Origin: Raillietiella orientalis
Lineage: Eukaryota
Direction of reading: 5' to 3'
Length of the DNA stretch: 64,000 nt
NCBI GenBank assembly: GCA_036172245.1
Contig: JAYWIR010000064.1
Span: 434,001 to 498,000 of the forward strand
In this document: positions 1 through 12,103 of the stretch, piece after piece
Layout: each line of letters opens with the position of its first letter
Numbering within the stretch: the first letter of the stretch is position 1
The notes under the pieces: generated by a model
Database searches by the model: none
The model's input: the letters and a program-made list of their open reading frames with translations, nothing else
What the model was told of the DNA's origin: nothing
Position numbers and translations under genes: made by a program

Positions 1-369
1 TTTTTAAAAAGCAAGAGATAGCTTTAGCTCAGCTATCAATATCTGAAATTCGTACGAAATTTTTTTTGCTTGGCTTTCTGTATAATCAGTTTCAATCCCA
101 AAGTAGTTTTATAATATAAAATTTTATAATACATATATTCTTTTTTCCCTGGATGGCTAACTGAGATTACTAAGGAATTTAGCAAAGCTTTAAAAAGCAT
201 ATGTCCTTTATCTTATTGTAAAACTCAACTTTAATTTTTTATAGAATAACTAAAATAGATGGATGTCTATAAGAGCTGTCTAATGCAAATTAATTCATTT
301 GCTTATTAAATACTTAATGTTTTTATTTAATACTCATAAAATCTATCTCGACTTCATATTGTAGTCTCC

Positions 370-560
370 TGTCACAATGGCTATAACAATGAAGTGAGAT
401 TCAAGGATGTCTGGGCACTTATTTATCACCAAGTCCTTGAGGCGTATCCTGGACCTCTCATGTCCTCACAGAGCGTTCCTCAACAGGCCCCCGGGGCTTG
501 GCGGAGTAGGGGGGCGGACGGACAAAAAACACGGGCCGGTAACTGCATTTGGGAATTTGG
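370..560 (-). mobile_element. Short 3'-UTR fragment of a non-LTR retrotransposon, related to 33360-33500
   Basis: Shares ordered motifs AATGAAGT, CACTT, GTC.TGAGGCG and GACC-N6-GTCCTC with the 3' tail of the LINE copy at 33.3-33.9 kb. Confidence 0.4.
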
Positions 561-1938
561 TACATCATTTTAGGTTCTAAGGATAGCATTCTGAAGTGAA
601 ACTGAAACTTTCATTTACATAGCTTAAAGATTTAATGATCAATCAGCGATTAAGTATCATATATAAAACGGTAAAAGTTAATTCTGGGATTCTGTATTAG
701 TAGACAGAAATACATACTTTACTAATAATACGCGGTAGTCCGACAGTCTGAATTAAGCACGTGTAAAGCCATTATTATGATTCTATTATTGTCAGACATC
801 ATCAAGGTGATATAAGAGAAGAATCCGTTGAGAAATTTAGTAAACAGAGAATTTAGAAAATGAAATTTGGAGTGTTTCTCTTTGCCTTGTAGCTTCCATC
901 ATTCAAATGTTAATCTGAATGATGGAAACCTAAACCTCATTGCCTAAACCTCATTGATAATGAGAATAGTTGCACAATTTTAAATTACAACTGCAGTGAA
1001 TAGCTTGTAAGACTGTAAAAAGTGTTTTTGAAAACTGCTATTATTGATCACGTCTGAGAGCCTACTCATATTCAAGGTATGAATGTAATGGATACTCCCT
1101 ATCGATCCTAAGATATTGAACGGATTCCAAATTTACTGTTTCTCAATCACAATTATCCCTTCTCAAAGATAAGAAACATTTGCGTATTGCCACTTGGTTT
1201 TCCTTTCATTACATTTTTTTTTCTTTCTCAAAAACAGTATGCAGCTTTCAGCCTTCGCTTTCCACATTAGGTATTTTGTAGTTGAAATTAACGATACATG
1301 TTTTTTTAAAATCACAGTAAACCCATGCTGGCTTACTGTCATCGAATTCCTGCTTGTGCTCGAATACATGCGTTTGCCCACCACATTATTTCAATAAATA
1401 TTTTTATTTTTTACCGTACCGATTTCTGAATGGATCACATGGGTGATCTTTCCAAGCGTTTAATTCCTGATTTTAGCTGAATCGCGCCTGGAGATAAATG
1501 AAGGCTTTTTGAAAAAATACATCTTATTTTGCTAACATTCTGTTTGACAATAGTGTCGTCACTGCATCATTTTATGCGTACTTCTTGAATGTTAAATCCC
1601 TAATTGTATTTTAAAAAAAGATTCCCCTTCAGATCTAGACCTAGATATTGATACTGTGTGATGTAATGTTATGTAATGGCAAGGAAAGAAAGTTTATAGA
1701 GCGAATGGTTTGAGAATTAAGAACTCGAGGCACACTGTTCCATGTTCTCCACTCGCGAGCGCAAGGTAAACCGAGCATTGGTATCGACGCTGTAGGTGCC
1801 ATGCTTTCGGGAATCCGATCAAAGAATCACGGTGTTAAATTATTTGTCTTAAAAAAATCCTTTTGAAATGAAAGTAATTGGATCAGTTTGGTAAGTTATA
1901 TGTGTGATATTTGGTTTTTTAATTTGCAGGTCTAGCTT

Positions 1939-3588
1939 ATGAGTAGCATGGAGAATCTAAGAACTTACATAAAGTTGAGAGAGATGAACAATTTGTGGCA
2001 AATGTTAAAAAAACGAAAGTTCTCAGAATATTTAAGAGATAATGGCTGGGATGTGTTATCAATCGTATGTGAAAGTATGTCAGTAAAGTCAAATTCATTT
2101 AGTGATCAAGATTTTCTCCAGTGGTGTAAAGAATGTATCGAAATTATGATTGTTGAAAACAATCCGAAAGAAATGCTTATTGCAATCCTTGAACAATTGG
2201 AATTATATTATGATGACGTGATATTTAGCACATTGCTTCCATTTCTTCACAAAATCCTTAATTTTATGCAACCAAAATTGCAATTGCATGTCTGGGTTTT
2301 CCAGTCACTTGGAAGTTATGTTGTAAAGCATTCTCACACGCTCAACAGGCATTCAGAAAACCGAGCTGAAGATATAGAAGCATTATCGAAAGAGTTTTCT
2401 GCTGTTTTAGAATTCTGTGAATTTTATATACATGACTTAAAACAAAAGCAAATCAGTCTCTCAGAAAAGGTTATTAGGAATTACAAGAGGGATTTGTTAT
2501 ATTCTTTATTCATCCTACTTGAGGTCACGGTAGTTTTCTCAAAGTCGCAAGATGACTGTTTTAACTCTTTGACAAAAAGGTTAATGCATTATATTACATA
2601 TCTTGTACCCCACCATGGTAAGATATTAGAAAAAATACATTTTTCTAAGTTACATGACTCATTAATAGAAGATTCCAATTTCAAAGAAAAAAAGTTTTCT
2701 ATGCTATCTATTGGTAGTTTTTTTTATTTTTGCTTTGTTGAAAAAATGGAAATAGAATGGATGCCATCAGTATATTGCAAAGAGCATATTTTCCATAGTA
2801 TGTTACCAGTTATTATTTCTATGTTGAAGAGTTCCGAGGATGCTGCTGTCAGCAAAGGATTTTTACTTTTTCATCACGTCCTTAGTTTAGTTCCCTTAAG
2901 TGTTCAGCATGCAACTCTAGAAATGCCATGCCATTATGAGTTACCTATGGTTCTGGTACACAACATGGTTCACAATGCTGATAATGATATTAGATCTGCT
3001 AGTGCAAAATGTCTTCATGAATATATTAGGGTATATGATTACCATGGTCGTTATAAACTGTTTTATCATCTTTTGCATTATAATCAGTCATCATCAGTGA
3101 TAGGCTATGTAATTGATTGCTTGAGGCAAACTATCCATGAAAATTTCCAAAACAAGTTATCAAGTGATTATTTTTGTGGTGTGTACTTAACGAATCTTTT
3201 TAAATTGTGTTTTACATTTCCTTCTGAATCGGAATTTTCTGCAATAGAAAACTGTGATAGAATAATAGCATCTTTGAATCTTCTGAAGTATCTCTTCATC
3301 AGAGATCCATCCAATAAAACTCAATTTATGAACTGTTCTGCATATATCAGTGATTCATTTCTGTCGCCACTGCAATCTTCTTTGTTATTTTCAAAGTCAT
3401 TGATTTGTTATAAAAGTAAAAACAATTCTGAGAGAACTGTTTTATCAAATGTTCATCCATATTGTGAAGAGTCTTCTCAAGTGAATGGTGTTGAATCAAA
3501 TGTATTGGAATTAATTACCCTTTTACTAAGTGATGTTAAGAATTATTTGAGAAATGCAAAATATTGGTTGATCAGCAAAACTGAATAA
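1939..3588 (+). CDS. GLMN: Glomulin (FAP68)-like protein, single coding exon, 549 aa
   Basis: Uninterrupted ORF with glomulin-like motifs NGWDVL, NPKEMLIAILEQLE and DRIIASLNLLKYLFIRD. Probable 39-nt 5'UTR intron 1891-1929 (GTAAGT...TTGCAG). CpG-rich promoter-like patch at ~1700-1840. Confidence 0.85.
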   Translation: MSSMENLRTYIKLREMNNLWQMLKKRKFSEYLRDNGWDVLSIVCESMSVKSNSFSDQDFLQWCKECIEIMIVENNPKEMLIAILEQLELYYDDVIFSTLLPFLHKILNFMQPKLQLHVWVFQSLGSYVVKHSHTLNRHSENRAEDIEALSKEFSAVLEFCEFYIHDLKQKQISLSEKVIRNYKRDLLYSLFILLEVTVVFSKSQDDCFNSLTKRLMHYITYLVPHHGKILEKIHFSKLHDSLIEDSNFKEKKFSMLSIGSFFYFCFVEKMEIEWMPSVYCKEHIFHSMLPVIISMLKSSEDAAVSKGFLLFHHVLSLVPLSVQHATLEMPCHYELPMVLVHNMVHNADNDIRSASAKCLHEYIRVYDYHGRYKLFYHLLHYNQSSSVIGYVIDCLRQTIHENFQNKLSSDYFCGVYLTNLFKLCFTFPSESEFSAIENCDRIIASLNLLKYLFIRDPSNKTQFMNCSAYISDSFLSPLQSSLLFSKSLICYKSKNNSERTVLSNVHPYCEESSQVNGVESNVLELITLLLSDVKNYLRNAKYWLISKTE

Positions 3589-3996
3589 TAGAATTCTCAT
3601 GCATTATTTCTAAATTTTTTTGGAAATTTTGAGTGAAAGTCTCTTTAAAATATTCACATACTTCACTGAAATTTAACTATCATCTAGATCTGTTTTTCTT
3701 CTGATTTTATGTCAGTCATATGCAGTGAATCATTTTTGTTTTCACTCTATTCAAAACGGAGTTATCTTATAAAAAATTATTATTGTTGGTTTATTTGTCA
3801 ATCATGCTTGCTTTGTATAGCCTTTCATAATGCATAAAACGTTTAAAATCTCACGAAAATTTCCATGAAGTTGTTTCCATTTATTTCAGTGATTTTTATT
3901 ATTGTAACTTGGGGTTTTGGGGCAAAACAATTTTTTCTAGTCCCACTTTCCATTCCTTAAAGGTAGTAATGATGTGAGTAAACAAAGAAGATAAGC

Positions 3997-6900
3997 ATGA
4001 TAAGGTGTAAAAGTAAACGTTTTCTAAGTAAGTGTTAGTTTAAATTAACTCTTCTCCCATGATGGAATACATTTCAGATTCCATAAAGGTTTGGCAGTAC
4101 TATTCTAGTTGTTTTGTGAGATCATCTACAGAAAATGAATCTGTTCATGATGTAAAGAAAGATATTTTAGAAGCGTCGTTAAAGGAAGTGAAAAAGAATG
4201 GTTGGACAATAAATTCAATAAAAAAAGGTTAAAATATTCATGTCTGATAATATTATTGGTGTTTGCATTAAATGTTTTGTTACTAGCTTTAAAATGTTCT
4301 AGAAGTTCCGAAGATTTTATTCTTCAGTTGTAATTGTAAAAATAGATTCATTGATAGTTTTCACAGTCAACTCTGCATTACTGGGTCACACTGCTATGTT
4401 GATGTTTAATATGTCAACAAGCTCTCTCAACAAAAGCATATACACAAATCTCTTTAAGTTGGATTTCTAATCAGCCATAATGATAAACACTCCTAAAATA
4501 AAAATTGGTATTTCATTTTATTTGGCTTAGTAGCTTTTTATTACAGGGATGGATGCATGATTTTAAACACATATGTTCATTTCAAATTAATTTTTTTGTT
4601 CCATGAAAGATGTTACAACTAACTTTTTGTACCCAAATATAAGTGATGTGTTTCATCTTACTGTAAATAGTGAGTAATGAAATATCTTGACTTTGTATAT
4701 TGAATTCAGTTGAGAGAAACTGATCAGTAGATTTCATTTCGTTTTGTAACTTTTTTGCCTCCTTTGTAAATTCATGTGATATGGATGCAATTGTTGTCTG
4801 ACAGAAGAAATGTCCTTTGCCCATTTTCTTTGAGTCCATCCCCAGCACTGACTACTTTAGTAAAAAAAACTCAAGAGATATCAGAGAGCATTCACAGAAT
4901 TTAAAAGAAAAGAATCATTAGTGGTTAGAAATCAGCTATTATACATTTTAAATTTAAGAAATTGGCCTTCATTTTCTAAAAATTTGTGAATCTGAAGCAC
5001 ATTTCTTGAATAGATAGGCAGCTTACTGTGACAAAAGGTCCTCTTTTCTGTTCTAGATGAAAAATTTCAGTAGTTTGTTGTAGTAGAATGTTGCTTCCCA
5101 AGATCACAATCGTACATTCTGTCCTGATCAATATATGAATCTTATGTAAAGTTTTTTACTTGTGTGGTTTTGGGATGTAATTAAGAATACTGCTATCATG
5201 ATCAGAATTTTCCATTCTGTAATATCTTTCTTTTGCATTTTTAGCGAAATAGTGGATCAGTTTTAGTTTCTCCATTGTAACTAAGTACATTGACAATTCT
5301 GGGATGTTTGCCTCTTTACAAATTTCTATTTTGTTTGTACTCAAAAGTAAATGCATATTCAAAATATTGGAGGAAAATGTTTTCGTAATTTATTTACGTT
5401 ACTTTCCTGGAAATTAAGATAAAACAATTTTAAGAGTCCAATATTAAGAAATCAAGATTAGAGTAATCAAGAAGGTTAGCATATTCAGAGACATTTTTGA
5501 AAAGTTTTTCAAGCAACCAAACCTCAGTCAATTCGATTGACAACTGATGAATTGTAAACAGTATGTAATCTTAGTTTAGTGAAAGTTGATGGTTTAATTA
5601 AAAATTACGATGATAAATTCTTAATGTATATGAGCTATATGTATGTAAGAGGTATTGTTCACATCCCTTAGATTTAAGCTATGAGAACTGCAAATAGAAT
5701 TTCTGCATCCAAAAATCCAAATGCATAACTATGTGATACTTTTATTAGGATCTGAAGCAGTAGGCTTCTCACCAGTTGCAGCAGCTATGTTCCCAAAACA
5801 AGAGTTGGAATTAATAAATTACTTTTATGATAGATGCAATTATGAGTTAAGGAATCAAGTTTCAACAGAGTTACAACTTTCAAGGTGAGATACATAATTT
5901 GAGAATTGTATGTCATTCTATTTACACTCATTGATGGAACATTGACAACAACTGCTATACCTTGTAAAAAATAAACAGAATGGCACACTTTGGAATATTT
6001 CTGTTGGATACATACAATAAATACTGTTAAAGTTTGCTTACAAATATAATATGGAGTAATGTTAAGAATATTATTATTCAAAAACTGCATCAACATTAAT
6101 GATATGACTTTAATTTAATTTCATGTAATTGCAGTTAGTACTGATATGATTGAAGGCCTTGATAAGACAGAAGAATGTGTATGCAAAGTAAAATGGATTT
6201 TTATATTAAACAAGTTTCTTTAGTACTCTTAGTCCTAGTTTTCCCATAATTTCTAGTCTGAATAAAAATGAAAATAATTTTGCATATTTTATTTTTTCCA
6301 GAACAAATGTAGTTTTAACTTGTATGTTTTAACTTGCCTTAATATTCTTTTGATCTTATCAGTGTTGCAAGTTCTTAAGATAAGCCAAGAATTTTTGAAA
6401 AGTATAGAAATTAAAAGTAAAAATAATCACATCATACAATCAAAACAATTATGATATGTGTGTTGGAAAAACGCAATAAATAGAAGCTAGTCAAGCATTT
6501 TTAATGCGACACGAGCATGCGATGATTTAACCCAGATTACAGCATATTATATATCAGGAATAAAGCATTGGCATTGTGTAGGACTTTTGAAAGGATAATC
6601 TGCATTTGCATGAAAGAGCAGGGATTCAGCATAAAAATGGCATAATAATAAGGCACCAACTAGTTTTTGAATACTTGAATTGTTTAGGAAGTAAAATGTG
6701 ATTGCTTAGATGTTTTACACATCAAATGTGATTAAAGATGATTTGTCAGTTTTAATCATAACTTACATTTTTTTCCTTAGTAGTCTCTAATTACATATCT
6801 AATTTTTTCTGCATTTCAGGGATCATCTCGACAATTTGTTTCATGTAATAAAGGCTAGACTCCAAAAAAATATTCCCTACCATTCGAGCATGCCTGAAGC

Positions 6901-7377
6901 ATTAGCCATTTTACTTAATCCAAAAAACTTCATTCATGGTTTGGAGAATATGCATAATTTAGTGGATGAAATTTGCTATCTGAGTGGTTACAGATGTTTC
7001 AATGTAACTTAATTCTTTTTATTTCATTCTTATATTTGGATTTGCAGATGGACTGGTATTGGACTCATCTAATGGTGGGAATAATTTATTGTAGTTCAGA
7101 ATTAGCATTTATTGGTGATTCATCAACAGACTTTCATATCACTTGGAAGTTCTTAGAAGACAGAATCAACAACTTTAAATGGTTTCTTAATTCAACAAAT
7201 ACTCTGATAAGCTTCAATTCCATATTGTTTCCTGTCATTAGAACATCTGGAGTGTTGGTGAGTTGTACTAATAATTGTAAGAATTTTAAATGGAAAATCT
7301 TGAGGGTTTACCATAAAAAAAATGTTTCCAATGTGTTTCTTCAGCTGCAGAATATTTTGGGGCTTCCAAGACGATGA
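3997..7377 (+). CDS. COQ9: Ubiquinone biosynthesis protein COQ9, mitochondrial (6 exons)
   Basis: Exons 3997-4027, 4078-4227, 5749-5884, 6820-7003, 7048-7257 and 7345-7377 join in frame: ...ILEASLKEVKKNGWTINSIKKG|SEAVGFSPVAAAMFP...|...ARLQKNIPY...VDEICYLSG...|MDWYWTHLMVGIIYCSSEL...DSSTDFHITWKFLEDRI...|LQNILGLPRR*. This matches the COQ9 layout. The start codon is inferred. Confidence 0.88.
4300..5410 (-). mobile_element. Possible heavily decayed DNA transposase (hAT-like) in COQ9 intron 2
   Basis: Broken minus-strand frames, including LLLRELVDILNINIAV*PSNAE near 4360-4440, which resembles a hAT C-terminal dimerisation segment. Many stops and frameshifts. Confidence 0.25.
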
Positions 7378-8049
7378 TTATTTGGCAGGAAGAGAAACAG
7401 TATGCAATTCGTGTGTATGAGAATTTACCTCAGCATCTACTTGTGTTATCATTTTTTATTTTTGATAATTATCATTTTCATAGGTGTTCCTTTCCAAAGA
7501 ACATTAAAAGTAAACTGATAACCTCAATTGTGATTTTGTCTTTTACTGTTATTTAATTTTCTTTCAAAGTTAAAAGTCCTGACTGATACAGGAACAAGGC
7601 TGCATATGTCTACATGAGTTAGTAGGTGTAGATGTAAAAATCTCTAGAAAATAATTCTATGCGAACTGAAGACAATATGTAGCTTTTACATAGCTGTTTA
7701 GCTGGGTGCAGTTAAATATGTGATTATAATGACCAATGCTGAATACTCATGAATACAGCATGGTAACAGTGGATGAGTGTTGAAACTTTGGAGCATAAAC
7801 TTAATTAACAATAAGTCCATTCAAAGTTTGGCACATAACATGATGTAAATAGGAGATATAAAACAGATCAAGAGAACTTTCCTCCATCTTCGCGGTTTCT
7901 TCTCGTTGACTTCTGTGAATTTGAAGAATTTTACCATTATGGATGGTGACCCATTTAAGTTTCCAGTGCACATCATGGGAATATTGCATGTATGAACATA
8001 CCATTTCTTTTGTAGCGTGCTCATAGTTGTGGCTGTGACGAATCTTTGA

Positions 8050-8930
8050 CATTTGCTTCTTCCTAAAGATCGTTCGCGGCCAACAAGGAAGGCGTATTTT
8101 GACGAGTGTCTTTGCGACCATTCTTCAAGTATGTGGCTGGTTGCGAAGGACCTCCACCTTTCCTGGCACTCAGCCACGGAAGTTTGTCCCAATGTGGGCT
8201 TCAGCGTCTGCAGATCACTGTGGAGAAGGAGAATGCCTGGATTTCCTTCCCACATACGAATTGTCGTTTCTGGTTACCGGAAATAGTTCATAACAAGGGA
8301 TAAATATGAGGAGAATCTGCGGCGTAATTGCGATTTTCCTCCTACGTTCGTTGCTCGTTAAGAGAGGTTCTAGAGTGGCTCCGGACAGAACTGACAGAAG
8401 GCAGCTCCATTGCCATAACACTGTCCTCTCTACGCGAACATAATGAGACTAACCAGCTGTTAAGGCATGAATTACCTGCAGCATCGCAGGAAAAAGACGA
8501 TTCAGTGGGTGGACTGCGCGTTATTTTGTCGATCATGGGCCCTTCCCAAAGCACTTCTCCACTGGGCAGATCTCTGTAGACTCAGGTCCATGCCATGATA
8601 CCTCGAAGACAGACTCAGGGCTGCGAGCGTTCTTCGCAGCAGGCGACAAAGCACTGTGCACTCTTGCAGAGGAAAGGCTTGTGGAGATCGGCCGCGATCG
8701 CCAGAGCACCATAATCTGGACCGTTGCCCAAACAATATTCAATTCGTACATCCATAAGGATATATATAATAGAACAATGATAACATTTTGGAAACTTTTG
8801 CAGGATATAAGGGCGGGATCGAGAAAAACAATCTTGTCTACTAGTGGCACTTCAACGCTCTCAGCTTCAGAGAAACAGACGTCCTTTTTGGTCGATGCCA
8901 TACGATCCAGTGAAATAATTTCCTGTTAAA
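8050..8930 (+). mobile_element. Decayed non-LTR retrotransposon ORF2 C-terminal region (L1/Tx1-like)
   Basis: Frameshifted pieces VCPNVGFSVCRSLW...FPSHIR, HCPLY../EHNETNQ (degenerate zf-RVT) and TIIWTVAQTIFNSY...FWKLLQD. Confidence 0.35.
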
Positions 8931-9589
8931 TCTGCGTTTTAACGAAGAATAATTTTGAAATACAGCTTCTTTAGCGGCTGCTGCAGAAAACATTCGTAAT
9001 AAGTTCCATTTTGCTGTTTCCCTGAAAAGGTTGGTAGAGTAGATCAAGCCTCGTATTCGTGTGTGTAGCATGTTCGGGAGAGCGTCCATCCCGGAAAAGA
9101 GAACCATGAATGGCTAACAAGAATCAGCTGTCGATCGTACGCTCAACAGCATACGGTCTTCGTCTCTCGACGACGATCGGAACAGACGATTTCGGTGCAA
9201 ATTACCGGATAACAAGGGAAGCAGCCTCGTCAACTGGTTTGCTTGTTGAAACATTGGTTTCAGAATTGCTAAGGGAACGACATCCAAAGTAAAGTGAATC
9301 CCTGTTTACAGAATTCAATTCAGAGCAAAAGAACGGAGACATTTGCACGTGGAAATCACGACGGCAATGCATTTGGGAAGAAAACATGCACATCACATGA
9401 TCACGGCTTAGAATGGCATTTCCGCTTCTCTTCCTTTTCAAGAATGCATAGGAAGAGGTCCAAGATTCAAATCGAAACGAAGCCTCCAGCTTGCCAGAAG
9501 AATCCGCTTGGGAGTGCCATTCGGATGACGAATCCCAAAGCATGGTCCAGGCAGATTAACAGGAAACAAACAGCGTTCTTTTGCACCTT

Positions 9590-10470
9590 TCGAAAGTTCG
9601 ATCTCCTGCCCTCAGGGCAAACAATGACAGTAGCCAACCGGTAGGATGGGAGTTCTGCAACACTGCAGGAGTCAAAAAACTGCTGAGCGGCTACAAAGCG
9701 AGCGTGTTGGTGGATGCTGCCACTCCTCGTCACCGGGAAAAGGGACTCCTCCGGAGTGAACTTCTTAGTGTACCCCCCGAAGAACTCGTGGTCCCTTCTC
9801 TGCGTGGACACCTCTGTGTTACCGCTTCGCTGGAAACAGGGTGTTCTGCTATTCCTGCACTGGGGCTTCCAGTGCAGTCAGCGCAGGCACCTGGTTTCCG
9901 GGGGAGTTGCCTCCCCAAACTGTCTCAGCAGCGGGGCGATTGAGTCGCTCTCGCATTTTCTATTGGAATGCTGTGACTTCCAGATGTTATGGCGGAGACT
10001 TGCTTCGGCACTTCGTCGTCCCCAGGGCACTGCCACCAGTTTGCTGCGGCTCTTCTTCACCAAGGACGGACTGAAGAAAGGCACTGTGATCGCAACAATC
10101 TGTTGCATCCGCGCCATCGTGACGGCCTGTCGTAAGCTCGAAGGAAGATCGCAGCGAAAAGACGCCACCAGCATAGCAGCAAACCTTATGAAGGCAGCTG
10201 CATGGTGGCCTCATCTGCCCAGAAAAGTCGCCAGGGAAGTCACCATCGTCAAGCGGCGCTTCTAGAAGAAGAGGAACGTTTTAAGCCAAAGGTCCCAGTT
10301 CCCACCATTCCTTGTTTTTTTTTGTTTGTTTTGTGTCCCTTCCCTCCGTTCCCTTCTTTTTTCCAAGGCGGCCTGCGTGCCAATGGTCATCCCAGTTGAA
10401 CTTTTTGTATGGGCGTATCTTGTTTCTTGGAGGGATGCATATCCCTTCAGACTTGTGGTTTTGTAATAGA
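9590..10470 (+). mobile_element. 5'-truncated non-LTR retrotransposon (L1/Tx1-like): ORF2 C-terminus with zf-RVT, plus pyrimidine-rich 3'UTR
   Basis: ORF 9714-10265 contains LPLRWKQ...FLHW...SPNCLSSGAIESLSHFLLECCDFQMLW, a degenerate CxxC-x-E-xx-H-xxx-C...W pattern. Homologous to 33557-33870. Confidence 0.7.
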
Positions 10471-11414
10471 CGTCCCGGCGTGAAAGGGTTAAAACCGAAA
10501 CTTCGATCTCGGGACACGTGATGCATGTGCAAAAGGCATCCTATCAAAATGCTTTGAAATTTTGAAAAATTACCAGGAGTGGTTGATTGAAAACAGTTTG
10601 TTCGCAGGAAAAAAGATGAATTTTTGAGGAAAAGGGAGCAGATTATGAATATAAGAGAAACATGCATTCTTTTCTGCATCACCAGCTACTATCGCCGTTG
10701 TTGATAATAATGAAACAAGGTTTCTTAAGAGTTTAGGGTAATCAATACACATGAATTTCTGCAAACATAAGTATACAGCAGAGAATCTTGATGACGAAAG
10801 AAGATTCGAATTGCAAGTTATTGAGAACTTTGCTCATTACGTGTCAGCATTTGCGATGAAAGGGAAGAGACATTCCTATTGCCATCCGATGAATTCATAA
10901 GCAGTTTCCTATGCAGTCCTTAGAAATTTGAAAGCCCTTGTTCGCAAAGAGACACTGTAGTAGGGCTGATGGATCACAAAGAGGGGGAGATGGAATTTCC
11001 CTGATTCGGCGAAGCAGTAGGCAGGTTTGCTGAGTAGTTGATCAACCGCAACGCGCTCCCGTTTTTTTATCTTTGCATTTGGTCGTTTTTATGATTTAGG
11101 AGCGACTGATTTGGTGATTTAGAATTCAATCAATCCAAAAGAAACAAAGGAAGGGATGAGAGCGCACTGTGGTGGACCATATTTGGGCGTAAGAAGCGTA
11201 CTTTAGCGAAATTGGATTCAATCGCAAAATTTATGCAGAAAGGAAAGTGAAATAGTGAAGCCGCCTATACGATTCCCCTGAAAGATTACACAGGTTGCAA
11301 CGTGGCACACGCATACGAAGATGTTCACAGGCAGGAAAAGGAGATGTGCTACGGTAGAGAATTGTCTTGATACTGATAAATATGGTTGTTTTGTTGGATG
11401 GTAGTACGCAGTCA

Positions 11415-12103
11415 CTAGTTGTGAGTTGATTGAGGGATGTAGGGGGAATAGATAGCAGACAACGAGTTGCTAACTACAGCGGCAGCAGCAAAAGTGTGCT
11501 TTAATTGTGTTGCGACTCCGCTACTGCGCTCCGACCCTCTTCCTCCCCGCTCGGTTGCCGCGGAGACGGCAGCCGGCGCGGGACGGCCTTTCTCGGGCTC
11601 GCCCCTGAACCAGACGAGCACCGGGTCCTCCTCCTCAGCGATGAAGCTCAACATAGGCGAGAACCGGCTGGTCGCCATCCGCTGCCTGGTGGCATCGATC
11701 AGCTCCGGGATCCTCCCGAGGAACTCCTCGGCTTCCGGGGAGAAGCTCCGCAGGCTCTGCAGGTCTGTCAGGTCCGGGTGGAAGCGCGACCCCTTCTTCG
11801 AGGACATCTGGTCCAGCGCTTCTATGCCGGGCATCCTGGCCGGGAAATGGGGCAGCTTCCAGGTGGGCAGATGATTCTGCAGGCAGGGGCCCGTGGCACA
11901 TGGCTGGCTGGTTCCGACTCTCGCCGCGCCGGGGTACCATGTGCCGACCTTGGCGTGGACGTAGTCGTGGGGCTCGTAGGGGAGGCAGGCGTCCTCCTCG
12001 GCCGGGCGGTTCCTCCCCTCCCGCTGCTTCTTGCGACTCCGCCCGTGCTTCACGAGGACGGCCAGCACCATCAGGTAGACTAGGTCGAGGCACGCCCGCG
12101 CAG
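11415..12103 (-). CDS. Probable terminal coding exon of an unidentified membrane protein
   Basis: GC-rich with strong third-position G/C in this frame only. Candidate acceptor AG at 12104-12105. Begins ARACLDLVYLMVLAVLVKHGRSRKKQR (hydrophobic segment then basic stop-transfer). No upstream exons identified. Confidence 0.5.

Noticed and set aside
894..956. 12-bp hairpin (894-927) and adjacent 14-bp tandem duplication (929-956)
   Set aside because: Present in the sequence, but short and AT-rich with no supporting context.
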